The translations under genes and the position numbers were made by a program. A DNA stretch of 24,000 nt from Frondihabitans sp. 762G35 (GTDB lineage Bacteria; Actinomycetota; Actinomycetes; Actinomycetales; Microbacteriaceae). The notes under the pieces are model-generated. The model searched no databases, had not been told where the DNA came from, and saw only the letters and a list, made by a program, of their open reading frames with translations. The DNA lies in the NCBI RefSeq assembly GCF_002074055.1, contig NZ_CP014619.1, positions 2,489,002 to 2,513,001 of the forward strand, in the 5' to 3' direction. Positions 1 to 8,890 of this stretch are shown piece by piece (within the stretch, counting starts at the first letter, position 1; every line of letters starts with the position of its first letter).

Positions 1-7
1 ACAGGTG

Positions 8-631
8 TCAGAAGACGAGGAGTCCGTCGGTCTTGGTGGTGGCGGTGGTGTAGCGGGCCTGGACGTTCTCCCACGAGACGACGTTCCAGAACGCCTTCAC
101 GTAGTCGGCGCGCACGTTGCGGTAGTCGAGGTAGTAGGCGTGCTCCCACACGTCGAGCATCAGCAGCGGCACGATGCCCAGCGGCACGTTGCCCTGCTGG
201 TCGAACAGCTGGAACACCAGCAGCTTCTTCCCGATGGTGTCGTACCCGAGGACGCTCCACCCCGATCCCTGCACGCCGAGCGCGGTCGCGGTGAAGTGCG
301 ACGTGAACTGATCGAACGACCCGAACTGGTCGTCGATGACCTGGGCGAGGTCGCCGGTGGGCTTGTCGCCACCGTCGGGCGACATGTTCGTCCAGAAGAT
401 CGAGTGGTTCACGTGACCGCCGAGGTTGAACGCGAGGTCCTTCTCCAGCTTGTTCACGTTCGCGAGGTTCCCGCTCTCGCGGGCCTCCGCGAGCTGCGCC
501 ACGGCCGTGTTCGCACCCGTGACGTATGTCTGGTGGTGCTTGGAGTGGTGCAGCTCCATGATCGTGCCCGAGATGCTCGGCGCCAGAGCCGAGTAGTCGT
601 ACGCGAGGTCGGGAAGGGTGTATTCAGCCAC
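8..631 (-). CDS. sodA: Fe/Mn-family superoxide dismutase
   Basis: 207-aa ORF. N-terminus is [13 protein letters not shown], with HHSKHH metal-ligand region and the C-terminal [11 protein letters not shown] family signature. GTG start at 629-631 and stop at 8-10. Strong GC3 bias. Confidence 0.95.
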   Translation of the reverse strand: MAEYTLPDLAYDYSALAPSISGTIMELHHSKHHQTYVTGANTAVAQLAEARESGNLANVNKLEKDLAFNLGGHVNHSIFWTNMSPDGGDKPTGDLAQVIDDQFGSFDQFTSHFTATALGVQGSGWSVLGYDTIGKKLLVFQLFDQQGNVPLGIVPLLMLDVWEHAYYLDYRNVRADYVKAFWNVVSWENVQARYTTATTKTDGLLVF

Positions 632-856
632 TTTTTGCCACTTTCTCTTGTTGTTTCTCTCAGCCTAGGAGCCCCCGTGCACGGGAGATCGAGGTTTCGC
701 ACAGGAAGCGATCGCGGAGCGACCGCCGACGTCCGAGGCACTCCTCCGTCATACCCTCCGTCGCCGCCTGATGGTGCACGGAGGCGGTCACCGTCGCCGA
801 CAGGGGTCCTGACAGCCGGCGGCGCTAGCGTGCTGGTGGGGCTCCCCTGGGGCGAC

Positions 857-910
857 CGAGCATCTCCGAACACGCGAGCATGTCCGAATACGCGAGCATC
901 TCCGAACACG
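857..910. repeat. 3 x 18-bp head-to-tail tandem repeat directly upstream of the mhuD-like RBS
   Basis: Units are 857-874 CGAGCATCTCCGAACACG, 875-892 CGAGCATGTCCGAATACG and 893-910 CGAGCATCTCCGAACACG. Units 1 and 3 are identical; unit 2 differs at 2 positions. AAGGAAAG follows at 911-918 and the ATG at 924. Confidence 0.9.
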
Positions 911-923
911 AAGGAAAGACACC

Positions 924-1331
924 ATGTCCGTCGTCAAGATCAATGCCATCCATGTCCCCGAGGGCCGGGGGCCCGAGCTCGAGAAGCGATTCGCCGCGCG
1001 AAAGCACTCGGTCGACGGCTCGAAGGGCTTCGAGGGGTTCCAGCTCCTGCGACCTGTCAAGGGCGACGACCGGTACTTCGTCGTGACGACGTGGGACTCC
1101 GAGGAGAGCTTCGCCGAGTGGGCGGCGAACGGTGCGAAAGCGGCGCACGCGGCACCGGAGGGTGCCGCACCGACGGGCCACGGCGCGCCCGCCCACGCCG
1201 GTTCCGAGACCGCCAGCGGCGCGACGGGGCACGGCTCCGACGCACAGCACGGTGCGACCGGCTCCCCGCAGGGCCCCAAGCCCGTCGCGACGGGCGCCGA
1301 CCTCCTCGAATTCGAGGTCGTCGAGCTCTAG
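924..1331 (+). CDS. mhuD: ABM-fold heme-degrading monooxygenase (MhuD/IsdG-like) with a His/Gly-rich insertion
   Basis: 135 aa. MSVVKINAIHVPEGRGPELEKRFA...GFQLLRPVKGDDRYFVVTTWDSEESFAEWA...PVATGADLLEFEVV closely follows my recollection of M. tuberculosis MhuD. Asn7, Trp66 and His75 fall at the same positions. Good SD (AAGGAAAG) 5 nt upstream of the ATG. Confidence 0.75.
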   Translation: MSVVKINAIHVPEGRGPELEKRFAARKHSVDGSKGFEGFQLLRPVKGDDRYFVVTTWDSEESFAEWAANGAKAAHAAPEGAAPTGHGAPAHAGSETASGATGHGSDAQHGATGSPQGPKPVATGADLLEFEVVEL

Positions 1332-1373
1332 CCGACCGAAGCGGCTTCGAGCCCTCGCGCGCTACCATCAGGC

Positions 1374-2081
1374 GTGAGCGCTCGTCAGCCGTTTCTGACC
1401 GCCCTGACGGCTCTCGCATCGGCCTCGGGGCCGTCCGACGACCTGTGCGGTCCGTTCCTCCTGGCGTTGCCCATCCGAGGCGCCGCACTGTCCACACTCG
1501 GCGATCCCCTGGGCAGCGCCACGGTGTGCTCCTCCGACCCTCGGGCGGCCGAGCTGGACGAGATCCAGCTCGACCTCGGGGAAGGACCGTGCTGGGACGC
1601 CCTGGCGACGGACTCCCCCATCCTGCTGTCGGACATCCAGACGTCCGCCGACGACCGCTGGACCTTCGCGTCCCCGGCCCTCCGCGAGACGGGACTCGAG
1701 GCGGTCTTCGCGTTCCCGCTCCGGTACGGGCGGCTCGGCCTCGGTGCGGTCGACCTCTACTCCGACGATCCGGTGCCGCTGAGCGACGACGACGTGGCCG
1801 ACGCGGCCACCCTCGCCGGGGTCGCGGCCCGCCAGGTCCTCCAGCGGGCGCTGCAGCGGCTCGACACGGTCGGCCAGGAGGCGGGAGCGGAGGGCGAGGA
1901 CGCCGTCGACGGATTCGCCCGACGGGAGATCCACCAGGCGACCGGCATGGTCTCGGCCCAGCTCGACATCTCGGTGCAGGATGCCCTGCTCGTCCTGCGC
2001 GGACACGCCTACGCCACCTCGGCCACCCTCCGCGAGGTCGCGGCCGACGTCGTGGCGCGGCGGCTCGACCTCGGCGACTGA
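1374..2081 (+). CDS. GAF-ANTAR RNA-binding regulator (paralog 1)
   Basis: 235 aa with a GTG start. The N-terminal GAF-like region carries the GEGPCWDA motif. The C-terminal ANTAR-like helices are REIHQATGMVSAQLDISVQDALLVLRGHAYATSATLREVAADVVARRL. Confidence 0.85.
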   Translation: MSARQPFLTALTALASASGPSDDLCGPFLLALPIRGAALSTLGDPLGSATVCSSDPRAAELDEIQLDLGEGPCWDALATDSPILLSDIQTSADDRWTFASPALRETGLEAVFAFPLRYGRLGLGAVDLYSDDPVPLSDDDVADAATLAGVAARQVLQRALQRLDTVGQEAGAEGEDAVDGFARREIHQATGMVSAQLDISVQDALLVLRGHAYATSATLREVAADVVARRLDLGD

Positions 2082-2162
2082 GGCGCGGCGAGACCGACCG
2101 TGCGACGACAACGGCGAGAACCCGCCCCGCCACCGCCGCGACCAGCCTCTTAGGATGGGCGC

Positions 2163-2876
2163 ATGACGGACACGACGCGAGAAACCGAGCTGCTCGAGAC
2201 GTTCGTCACGATGGCGGACTCTCTCGTGGTCGGCTTCGACATCCTCGATCTCCTCCAGACGCTGGTGGAGAAGACGACGAAGCTGTTCGACGCGGCCGAC
2301 GCGGGCATCATCCTCGCCAACACGCGCGGCGAGCTCGAGGTCATCGCCTCCACCAGCGAACGCAGCCGCCTGATCGGCCTGCTGCAGCTCGGGTCGGGCG
2401 CCGGTCCGTGCCTGGAGGCGTTCCAGACGGGCAGGGTCGTGTCGGCGACGTCCGTCGACCAGATGACGTCGAGGTGGTCGGTCTTCGCCGACGCCGCGCA
2501 GGAGTCCGGCTACCGCTCGGTCCACGCCATCCCGCTCCGGCTCCGCACCACGTCGCTCGGATCGCTCAACCTCTTCCGCGAGACCGAGGGCGTGCTCAAC
2601 GAGTCCGACGCCGCGGCCGCGCAGGCTCTCGCGGACGTCGCGACCATCAGCCTCCTGCAGGAGCGCACGCTCCGCGAGACCGATGTCGCCCGCGCGCAGC
2701 TGCAGCGCGCCCTCGACAGCCGCGTGGTGATCGAACAGGCCAAGGGCGTCATCTCGCAGCAGCATGGGATCGACATGGACGAGGCCTTCCGCCGGATCCG
2801 CGAGCACGCTCGGGCCTCGCGGACGCGCCTGGTGATCGTCGCGCAGGAGATCGTGGCGAGGCAGCTCACCCTCTGA
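2163..2876 (+). CDS. GAF-ANTAR RNA-binding regulator (paralog 2)
   Basis: 237 aa with an ATG start. GAF region contains GAGPCLEAFQTG. C-terminal ANTAR is VIEQAKGVISQQHGIDMDEAFRRIREHARASRTRLVIVAQEIVARQL. Confidence 0.9.
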   Translation: MTDTTRETELLETFVTMADSLVVGFDILDLLQTLVEKTTKLFDAADAGIILANTRGELEVIASTSERSRLIGLLQLGSGAGPCLEAFQTGRVVSATSVDQMTSRWSVFADAAQESGYRSVHAIPLRLRTTSLGSLNLFRETEGVLNESDAAAAQALADVATISLLQERTLRETDVARAQLQRALDSRVVIEQAKGVISQQHGIDMDEAFRRIREHARASRTRLVIVAQEIVARQLTL

Positions 2877-3086
2877 CCGGGCGCACGGCGACCGCACGGC
2901 AGCACTCGACCGCCCCGCAGCACCCGGCCCGCACGCCACGCCGTCGCACCTCGCCCCGTTGCACACCACCGCGTCTCGCCGTACCGTTGAGACGGCTCCC
3001 CTGCCCCCGGCGCCCCCGCTCGACCGATCCGTTTCCCCGCGGTCAGCGCGCGACGACAGCGCCCCGACGGCCCGACGGAGGAATCC

Positions 3087-3176
3087 ATGATCGTCCCCAC
3101 CGACCCTCCCGACCTCACGTCGATCGAGCCCGTCGAGCCGATGCCGAGCCTCGACGGCGACGACTACCTCGACTGA
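3087..3176 (+). CDS. Candidate small ORF or leader peptide (29 aa, acidic, Pro-rich), absent from the ORF track
   Basis: ATG at 3087 preceded by GGAGG (3077-3081, 5-nt spacer); TGA at 3174-3176. Peptide is MIVPTDPPDLTSIEPVEPMPSLDGDDYLD. 27 of 28 post-start sense codons end in G/C with low GC at position 2, a coding-like pattern. The +1 frame shows only about 70% GC3. Confidence 0.4.
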   Translation: MIVPTDPPDLTSIEPVEPMPSLDGDDYLD

Positions 3177-3274
3177 CGAGGGCACCCCCGGTCCCCGCAC
3201 CACCCGGCACTCCCGCACCCCGGCGGACCCGGCACCCCCGACCGACGGGCGCCGCAGGGCCCTAGGGTGGAACC

Positions 3275-4666
3275 ATGAGCACCGCTGCCGCCGACACCCG
3301 CGCGGGGTCGGGGGTCCTCGGTCGCGGCTATCTCCTCACGACCATCGGCATGTGCGCGCTGATCGCCATCGCCGCGTTCGAATCGCTGGCCGTCACGACC
3401 GTGATGCCCACCGTCTCCCGCGAACTCGACGGCCGGTCCCTCTACTCGCTGGCGTTCGCCGCCCCCCTCGCCTCCAGCCTCGTGGGGATGGTCATCGCCG
3501 GGAACTGGGCCGATCGGAGCGGCCCCCGCATCGTGGTCGTCGTGACGATGGTCTTCTTCGGCGCGGGGCTCCTCGTGGTCGGGACGGCGCCGTCGATGAC
3601 GGTCTTCCTGCTCGGTCGGCTCCTGCAGGGGCTGGGGTCGGGCGGTGTGATCGTCGGCCTCTACGTCATGGTGTCGCGCGTCTATCCGCCTGCGCTCCAC
3701 CCCTCGGTCTTCGCCGGTTTCGCGGCGGCGTGGGTCATCCCCGGGCTCGTCGGGCCGGTCGTGGCCGGCCGGGTGACCGAGACGGTCGGCTGGCACTGGG
3801 TCTTCCTCGGAGCGCTGATCGCGTGCGTGCCCATCTTGGCCATGGTCGCGCCGAGCCTGGCGAAGCTCCGACCGGGCCCCGTCGACCAGGACGCACCCCG
3901 AGTCCCGTGGGACCTCGGCCGCATCGCCTGGTCGGTGGGGGCTGCCGCGGCCGTGGTCGCGCTCAACCTCCTCTCCGAGCTGTCCCCGGGCGTGTCGGCG
4001 GTCGTGATCGTCGCGGCCGTCGTGCTCCTCGCGTTCGCCCTGCGACCGCTGGTGCCGCGCGGCACCTTCCGGGCGGCGAGCGGGGTGCCGACGCTGGTGC
4101 TCCTGCGCGGTCTCGTCAGCGGCGCCTTCACGGCCGGCGACGTCTACATCCCCTTCCTGTTCACGGCGCAGTACGGCTTCTCACCCGCAGCCTCGGGCGT
4201 GACCCTGACCCTCGGCGCGGTCAGCTGGGCGCTGGCGAGCTGGATCCAGGGCCGCCTCGGCGGGCGCGTCTCGCAACTGGCCGGGATCCGGGCCGGCGTC
4301 GTCATGGTGCTTGTCGGAGTGCTGGCGGCGGTCGCGACGGCGCTGTTCCACCTGCATCCTGCGGTGATCATCGTGGGCTGGACGATCACCGGCTTCGGAA
4401 TGGGCTTCATGTACCCGCGCTTCTCCGTCCTGACGCTGCGCTGGTCGGACGACGACGAGCGGGGCTTCAACAGCTCGGCGCTGACGATCTCGGAGGCCGC
4501 CAGCAACGCGGTCGTCCTCGCGCTGACGGGCATCGCGCTCGGGGTCCTCGGCGGGGCGGCCTCGTCGGGCTCGTTCGTCGCCTGCTTCGCCGTCGGGGCG
4601 GCAGCAGCACTCGTCGCTCTCGTCGTCAGCCGGCGGGCCGTCCCGCGCGGGACCGCGCGCGCCTGA
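3275..4666 (+). CDS. MFS transporter
   Basis: 463 aa, hydrophobic throughout with about 12-14 predicted TM helices. MFS motif-A-like GNWADRSGPRIVV lies after TM2. Confidence 0.85.
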   Translation: MSTAAADTRAGSGVLGRGYLLTTIGMCALIAIAAFESLAVTTVMPTVSRELDGRSLYSLAFAAPLASSLVGMVIAGNWADRSGPRIVVVVTMVFFGAGLLVVGTAPSMTVFLLGRLLQGLGSGGVIVGLYVMVSRVYPPALHPSVFAGFAAAWVIPGLVGPVVAGRVTETVGWHWVFLGALIACVPILAMVAPSLAKLRPGPVDQDAPRVPWDLGRIAWSVGAAAAVVALNLLSELSPGVSAVVIVAAVVLLAFALRPLVPRGTFRAASGVPTLVLLRGLVSGAFTAGDVYIPFLFTAQYGFSPAASGVTLTLGAVSWALASWIQGRLGGRVSQLAGIRAGVVMVLVGVLAAVATALFHLHPAVIIVGWTITGFGMGFMYPRFSVLTLRWSDDDERGFNSSALTISEAASNAVVLALTGIALGVLGGAASSGSFVACFAVGAAAALVALVVSRRAVPRGTARA

Positions 4667-4783
4667 CCACAGCGACCCGCGCCGCCGCCGCGCGACCCGC
4701 CGCGAGACGGGGTCACGGGCAGGCAGACGGGCTCCCGGGGAGGACAACCCGACGGCTCCGGTAGGAACCCCGGCCTCACGCCC

Positions 4784-5968
4784 TCAGGCCGCGCGCCAGT
4801 CGAGCGACCCCTGCATGCTCGACGGGTAGGCGGAGGCGATGCGGTCGACGGCCTCCCGGAGCGTCTCGGGGGCGCAGGCGAGGTTCAGGCGGGCGAATCC
4901 CCGGCCCTGGGAGCCGAAGGCGAGCCCGGAGTTGAGGGCGACGTACGCGTGCTCGCGGAGCGCGGTGGCCGGGTCGTCGCCCAGGCCGATCCCGCGGAAG
5001 TCGAGCCAGGCCAGGTAGCCGGCGCGCGGACGGTGGTACACGACTCCGGGGAGGTGCTCTTTCAGGAGCCGGTCGAGCAGTCGGTCGTTCGCGACGATCT
5101 TGGCGACGGCGTCGTCGAGCCAGTCGGTACAGGAGAGCGCGGCTCGATTGGCGTGGAGCCCGAGGATGCTCGTGCGACAGGCGACCTCGTCGTTGAAGCG
5201 GTCGAGGAGCGCCGCCGTACGCTCGTCTCCGGCCACGACGACGGAGCACTTCACGCCGGCGAGGTTCCAGCCCTTGCTCGCGGACGTGACGACCACCGAT
5301 CGGGCTCCCGCCGCCTCGGCGATGGGCGCGAAGGGCGAGAAGACGGCGCCGGGGTGCGTCAGCGGTCCGTGGATCTCGTCGCTGATGACGAGCACGTCGT
5401 GGCGGGCCGCGAGCTCCGCGAGGGCCAGCAGGGTGTCGCGGTCGTGGACCAGTCCGAGCGGGTTGTGCGGGTTGCAGAGGAGGAACACGCCGACGCCCTC
5501 GGCGAAGGCACGCTCGAGGCCCTCCAGTTCGAGCGACCAGACGCCCCAGGTCTCCCGGAGCGGCACCTCGACGACAGCGGAGCGGGCCTCCTCGATCAGT
5601 TCGAAGAACGGCGGGTAGACGGGCGGGGTGATCGCGACGCGGCCGCCGTCGGGCAGCGCGAGGCGGAGTGTCTCGACGATGCCGACGCTGACGTCCGTGG
5701 CGATGTGCACGCGGGCGGGGTCGACCTGCCAGCCCCAGCGCGCCGAGGCGAACTCCGCGAAGGCGGGGGCGAGGGGGCCCGGGCCGTCGAGGTAGCCGAG
5801 GTCGGAGCTGCGGATCCGGGCGACGAGCTCATCGGCGATCGGCTGGGCGATGCCGTAGTCCATCTCCGCGACGAAGAGGGGCAGCACCTCCGGGGCGTAG
5901 CGCGTCCATTTGATCGAGGTGCGCTCCCCGCGGATGCTCTCGACCTCGTCGCTCGTGAACTCGGACAT
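4784..5968 (-). CDS. PatB/MalY-type PLP-dependent C-S lyase (class I/II aminotransferase fold; cystathionine beta-lyase-like)
   Basis: Start chosen at MSEFTSDEVESIRGERTSIKWTRY (ATG 5966-5968). Carries FVAEMDY, LLCNPHNPLG and the PLP-lysine motif SASKGWNLAG. The upstream 43 codons of the track ORF are Arg/Gly-rich with poor codon bias. Confidence 0.9.
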   Translation of the reverse strand: MSEFTSDEVESIRGERTSIKWTRYAPEVLPLFVAEMDYGIAQPIADELVARIRSSDLGYLDGPGPLAPAFAEFASARWGWQVDPARVHIATDVSVGIVETLRLALPDGGRVAITPPVYPPFFELIEEARSAVVEVPLRETWGVWSLELEGLERAFAEGVGVFLLCNPHNPLGLVHDRDTLLALAELAARHDVLVISDEIHGPLTHPGAVFSPFAPIAEAAGARSVVVTSASKGWNLAGVKCSVVVAGDERTAALLDRFNDEVACRTSILGLHANRAALSCTDWLDDAVAKIVANDRLLDRLLKEHLPGVVYHRPRAGYLAWLDFRGIGLGDDPATALREHAYVALNSGLAFGSQGRGFARLNLACAPETLREAVDRIASAYPSSMQGSLDWRAA

Positions 5969-6016
5969 GAGACGACGATGCCGCCTTTCTCCGCCGAGCG
6001 CCACTCCCCGCCCGCG

Positions 6017-6068
6017 GTGTGACACCGCGTGACGACCGACGCCGCTCACCGTGTGACACCGCGTGACG
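6017..6068. repeat. Two perfect 18-bp direct repeats (GTGTGACACCGCGTGACG) upstream of the C-S lyase gene
   Basis: Copies at 6017-6034 and 6051-6068 with a 34-bp period. They sit in the 132-bp gap between the ABC ATPase stop (6101) and the lyase start (5968). Confidence 0.9.
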
Positions 6069-6100
6069 CGGCACCGCCCGACCCAACGCCCTCCCACGGC

Positions 6101-6912
6101 TCAGCCCGCGTGCACCCGCGCCAGGAACTCCCGGGTCGCAGGATGCACGGGCGAGCCCAGCACCTGCTCCGGCGTCCCCTGCTCGGCGATCACGCCGCCG
6201 TGCAGGAAGATCACGCGGTCGGCGACCCGGCGGGCGAAGGACATCTCGTGCGTCGTCATGAGGATCGTGGATCCGGCCGCCTTGAGGTCGGCGACGAGAT
6301 CGAGCACCTCGCCGACGAGCTGCGGGTCGAGCGCGCTCGTGATCTCGTCGAGGAGCAGCAGCTCGGGGTCGCTCGCGATGGCGCGGACGATCGCGACACG
6401 CTGCTGCTGCCCGCCGGAGAGCCGGTCGGGGAACGCGGCTGTCTTGTCGCCCAGGCCGATCCGCTCGAGCCACCGCCGGGCGGTCGCCTCCGCCTCGGCG
6501 CGGGGCGTGCGGTGCACCTTGCGCGCCGCGAGGGTGACGTTGTCGAGGACCGACAGGTGCGGGAACAGGTTGAACTGCTGGAAGACGACGCCGATCCGGG
6601 CCCGCACCGCATCGACCGGGAGGCGCGGATCGGTGATGTCCTCGCCCTGCAGCAGGATCCTGCCGTCGTCGATCTGCTCGAGGAGGTTGACCGACTTCAG
6701 CAGCGTCGACTTGCCGGAGCCGCTCGCCCCGATCACGACGACGCACTCGTGGCGGCGGATCTCCAGGTCGATGCCGCCGAGCACGACGGTGTCGCCGTAG
6801 TACTTGACCAGGTTCTCGACGCGGAGGACGGCGGGCCGGGGCTCCTGCGCTCCGCTGCCTGCCGCAGAGGACCCGCCCGTCGGAGTCGACCCGCCCGTCG
6901 GAGTGGACCCGC

Positions 6913-6916
<4 letters not shown>
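6101..6916 (-). CDS. Polar amino acid ABC transporter, ATP-binding protein
   Basis: Walker A GASGSGKST, signature LSGGQQQRVAI and Walker B LLLLDEITSALD. The GTG start (6914-6916) overlaps the permease stop as GTGA. The N-terminal STPTGG x2 is low complexity. Confidence 0.9.
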
Positions 6917-7800
<884 letters not shown>

Positions 7801-7813
7801 GCTTCGGGCTGTG

Positions 7814-8659
7814 TCACTTCAGGACGGGCACGTCGACGCTGGTCGACAGCCACTTCTTCGTGAGCGCCTCGAGGTCGCCGTCGGCGCGGACGGCGTCGAC
7901 CGCCGCCGAGACCTTCGTCGTCAGAGCGGAGCCCTTCGGCAGGACGAAGGCGAACTGGTCGCCCCCCGCGGTGTCGGGGAACTGGCCGATCACCTTGCCG
8001 CCGTCGAGCTCGGCGCCGGCGAGGTAGAACGCGGTCGGGAGGTCGACGGCGAGCGCGTCCACCTGCCCGCTCTTGAGCGCCAGGACGGCGTCGTCGTTCG
8101 AGTTGAAGATCTTGGGGGTGACCCCCACGTCTTTCTTGACGACGTCGAGGCTCGTGGTTCCGGCGGCGACCCCGAGGGTGAGCTTCTTGAGCCCGGCGAT
8201 CGTGGTGACTCCGATGGCGGACGACTTCGCGTCGGTGACGATCGCCTGCGTGGTCGTGTAGTACGGCGACGAGAAGTCGACGGCCTTCTTGCGGTCGGTC
8301 GTGACGCTGAACTGCTGGAGGTTGACGTCGAAGTCCTTCGGGCCGGGCGCGATGGCGGCGTCGAAGGTGGTGCGCGTCCACACGACGTCCTCCTTGGCGA
8401 AGCCCAGCTTCGCGGCGACGGCGTACGCGACGGCCGCTTCGAAGCCCTGGCCCGACTGCGGCTTGTCGTCGATCACCCACGGCGAATAGGCGGGCTGGCC
8501 CGTGGCCACCGTGAACTTGCCCGGCGTGACGGTGTCGAGGCCGCCCGACGACGACGAGGCGGCGGGCGCGGCGGAGCTGCAGGCGCTGAGCGCGAGCAGG
8601 GCCGCGGCGGCGGCGAGCGCAGCGGCGGTGCGCAGGATGCGGGGGCGGGGCAGCGACAC
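7814..8659 (-). CDS. Polar amino acid ABC transporter substrate-binding lipoprotein (SBP_bac_3-like)
   Basis: Start placed at GTG 8657-8659, with GGAAGG about 7 nt upstream. N-terminus is VSLPRPRILRTAAALAAAAALLALSAC, a signal peptide with an LSAC lipobox. The body is typical of type-3 amino-acid binding proteins. The track ORF's upstream extension to 9073 is rejected. Confidence 0.85.
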   Translation of the reverse strand: MSLPRPRILRTAAALAAAAALLALSACSSAAPAASSSSGGLDTVTPGKFTVATGQPAYSPWVIDDKPQSGQGFEAAVAYAVAAKLGFAKEDVVWTRTTFDAAIAPGPKDFDVNLQQFSVTTDRKKAVDFSSPYYTTTQAIVTDAKSSAIGVTTIAGLKKLTLGVAAGTTSLDVVKKDVGVTPKIFNSNDDAVLALKSGQVDALAVDLPTAFYLAGAELDGGKVIGQFPDTAGGDQFAFVLPKGSALTTKVSAAVDAVRADGDLEALTKKWLSTSVDVPVLK

Positions 8660-8849
8660 GGGAGCACCTTCCAGGGGAGTGGACCCTTGGATCCTAGGAG
8701 ACCGGCGCACCGGTCGCGAACCCGGCCGCAATGTGACGCCGCGAGTCGGCGGGATTCGCGACCCCGCCCTCGCCCCGGCACGCTGGAAGGCAACCGAAGC
8801 CATCGCCGATCCGCCGCCACCGCGGATCCGCAGCCACCACAGAACCGCA

Positions 8850-8890
8850 GCCACCGGGCCGCCACCGAGCGGCCACCGGGCCGCCACCGA
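8850..8890. repeat. Two perfect 19-bp direct repeats (GCCACCGGGCCGCCACCGA) in the metQ 5' region
   Basis: Copies at 8850-8868 and 8872-8890 with a 22-bp period. The second ends 16 nt before the metQ ATG (8907). Confidence 0.9.

Noticed and set aside
5-3265. The 1086-aa + strand ORF, and the overlapping 616-aa (1368-3218, -) and 358-aa (1057-2133, -) ORFs.
   Set aside because: Their translations are Arg/Pro/Gly/Ala-rich and low-complexity, with no recognisable motifs. They overlap well-supported genes (sodA, mhuD-like, the two GAF-ANTAR genes) in other frames or strands. These are typical stop-codon-poor shadow ORFs of high-GC DNA.
2877-3274. A canonical ANTAR target (two tandem stem-loops with A..G.. 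hexaloops) in the leader downstream of the ANTAR genes.
   Set aside because: I found only generic hairpins, for example CGTCTC-N11-GAGACG at 2972-2994. None has the paired hexaloop architecture. This cannot be excluded without a covariance-model scan.
5969-6097. The long N-terminal extension of the C-S lyase ORF (437-aa version).
   Set aside because: The extension (MGGRWVGRCRVTRCHTVSG...) is not aminotransferase-like and covers the 18-bp direct repeats. MSEFTSDE at 5968 matches the usual family N-terminus.
6870-6905. The 18-bp in-frame tandem repeat (STPTGG x2) at the N-terminus of the ABC ATPase, and the Gly/Ala-rich repeat in the hydrolase (about 12950-13010).
   Set aside because: These are short low-complexity expansions in non-catalytic segments and are most simply replication slippage. 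They may also indicate that the true ATPase start lies slightly downstream. Nothing suggests a function.
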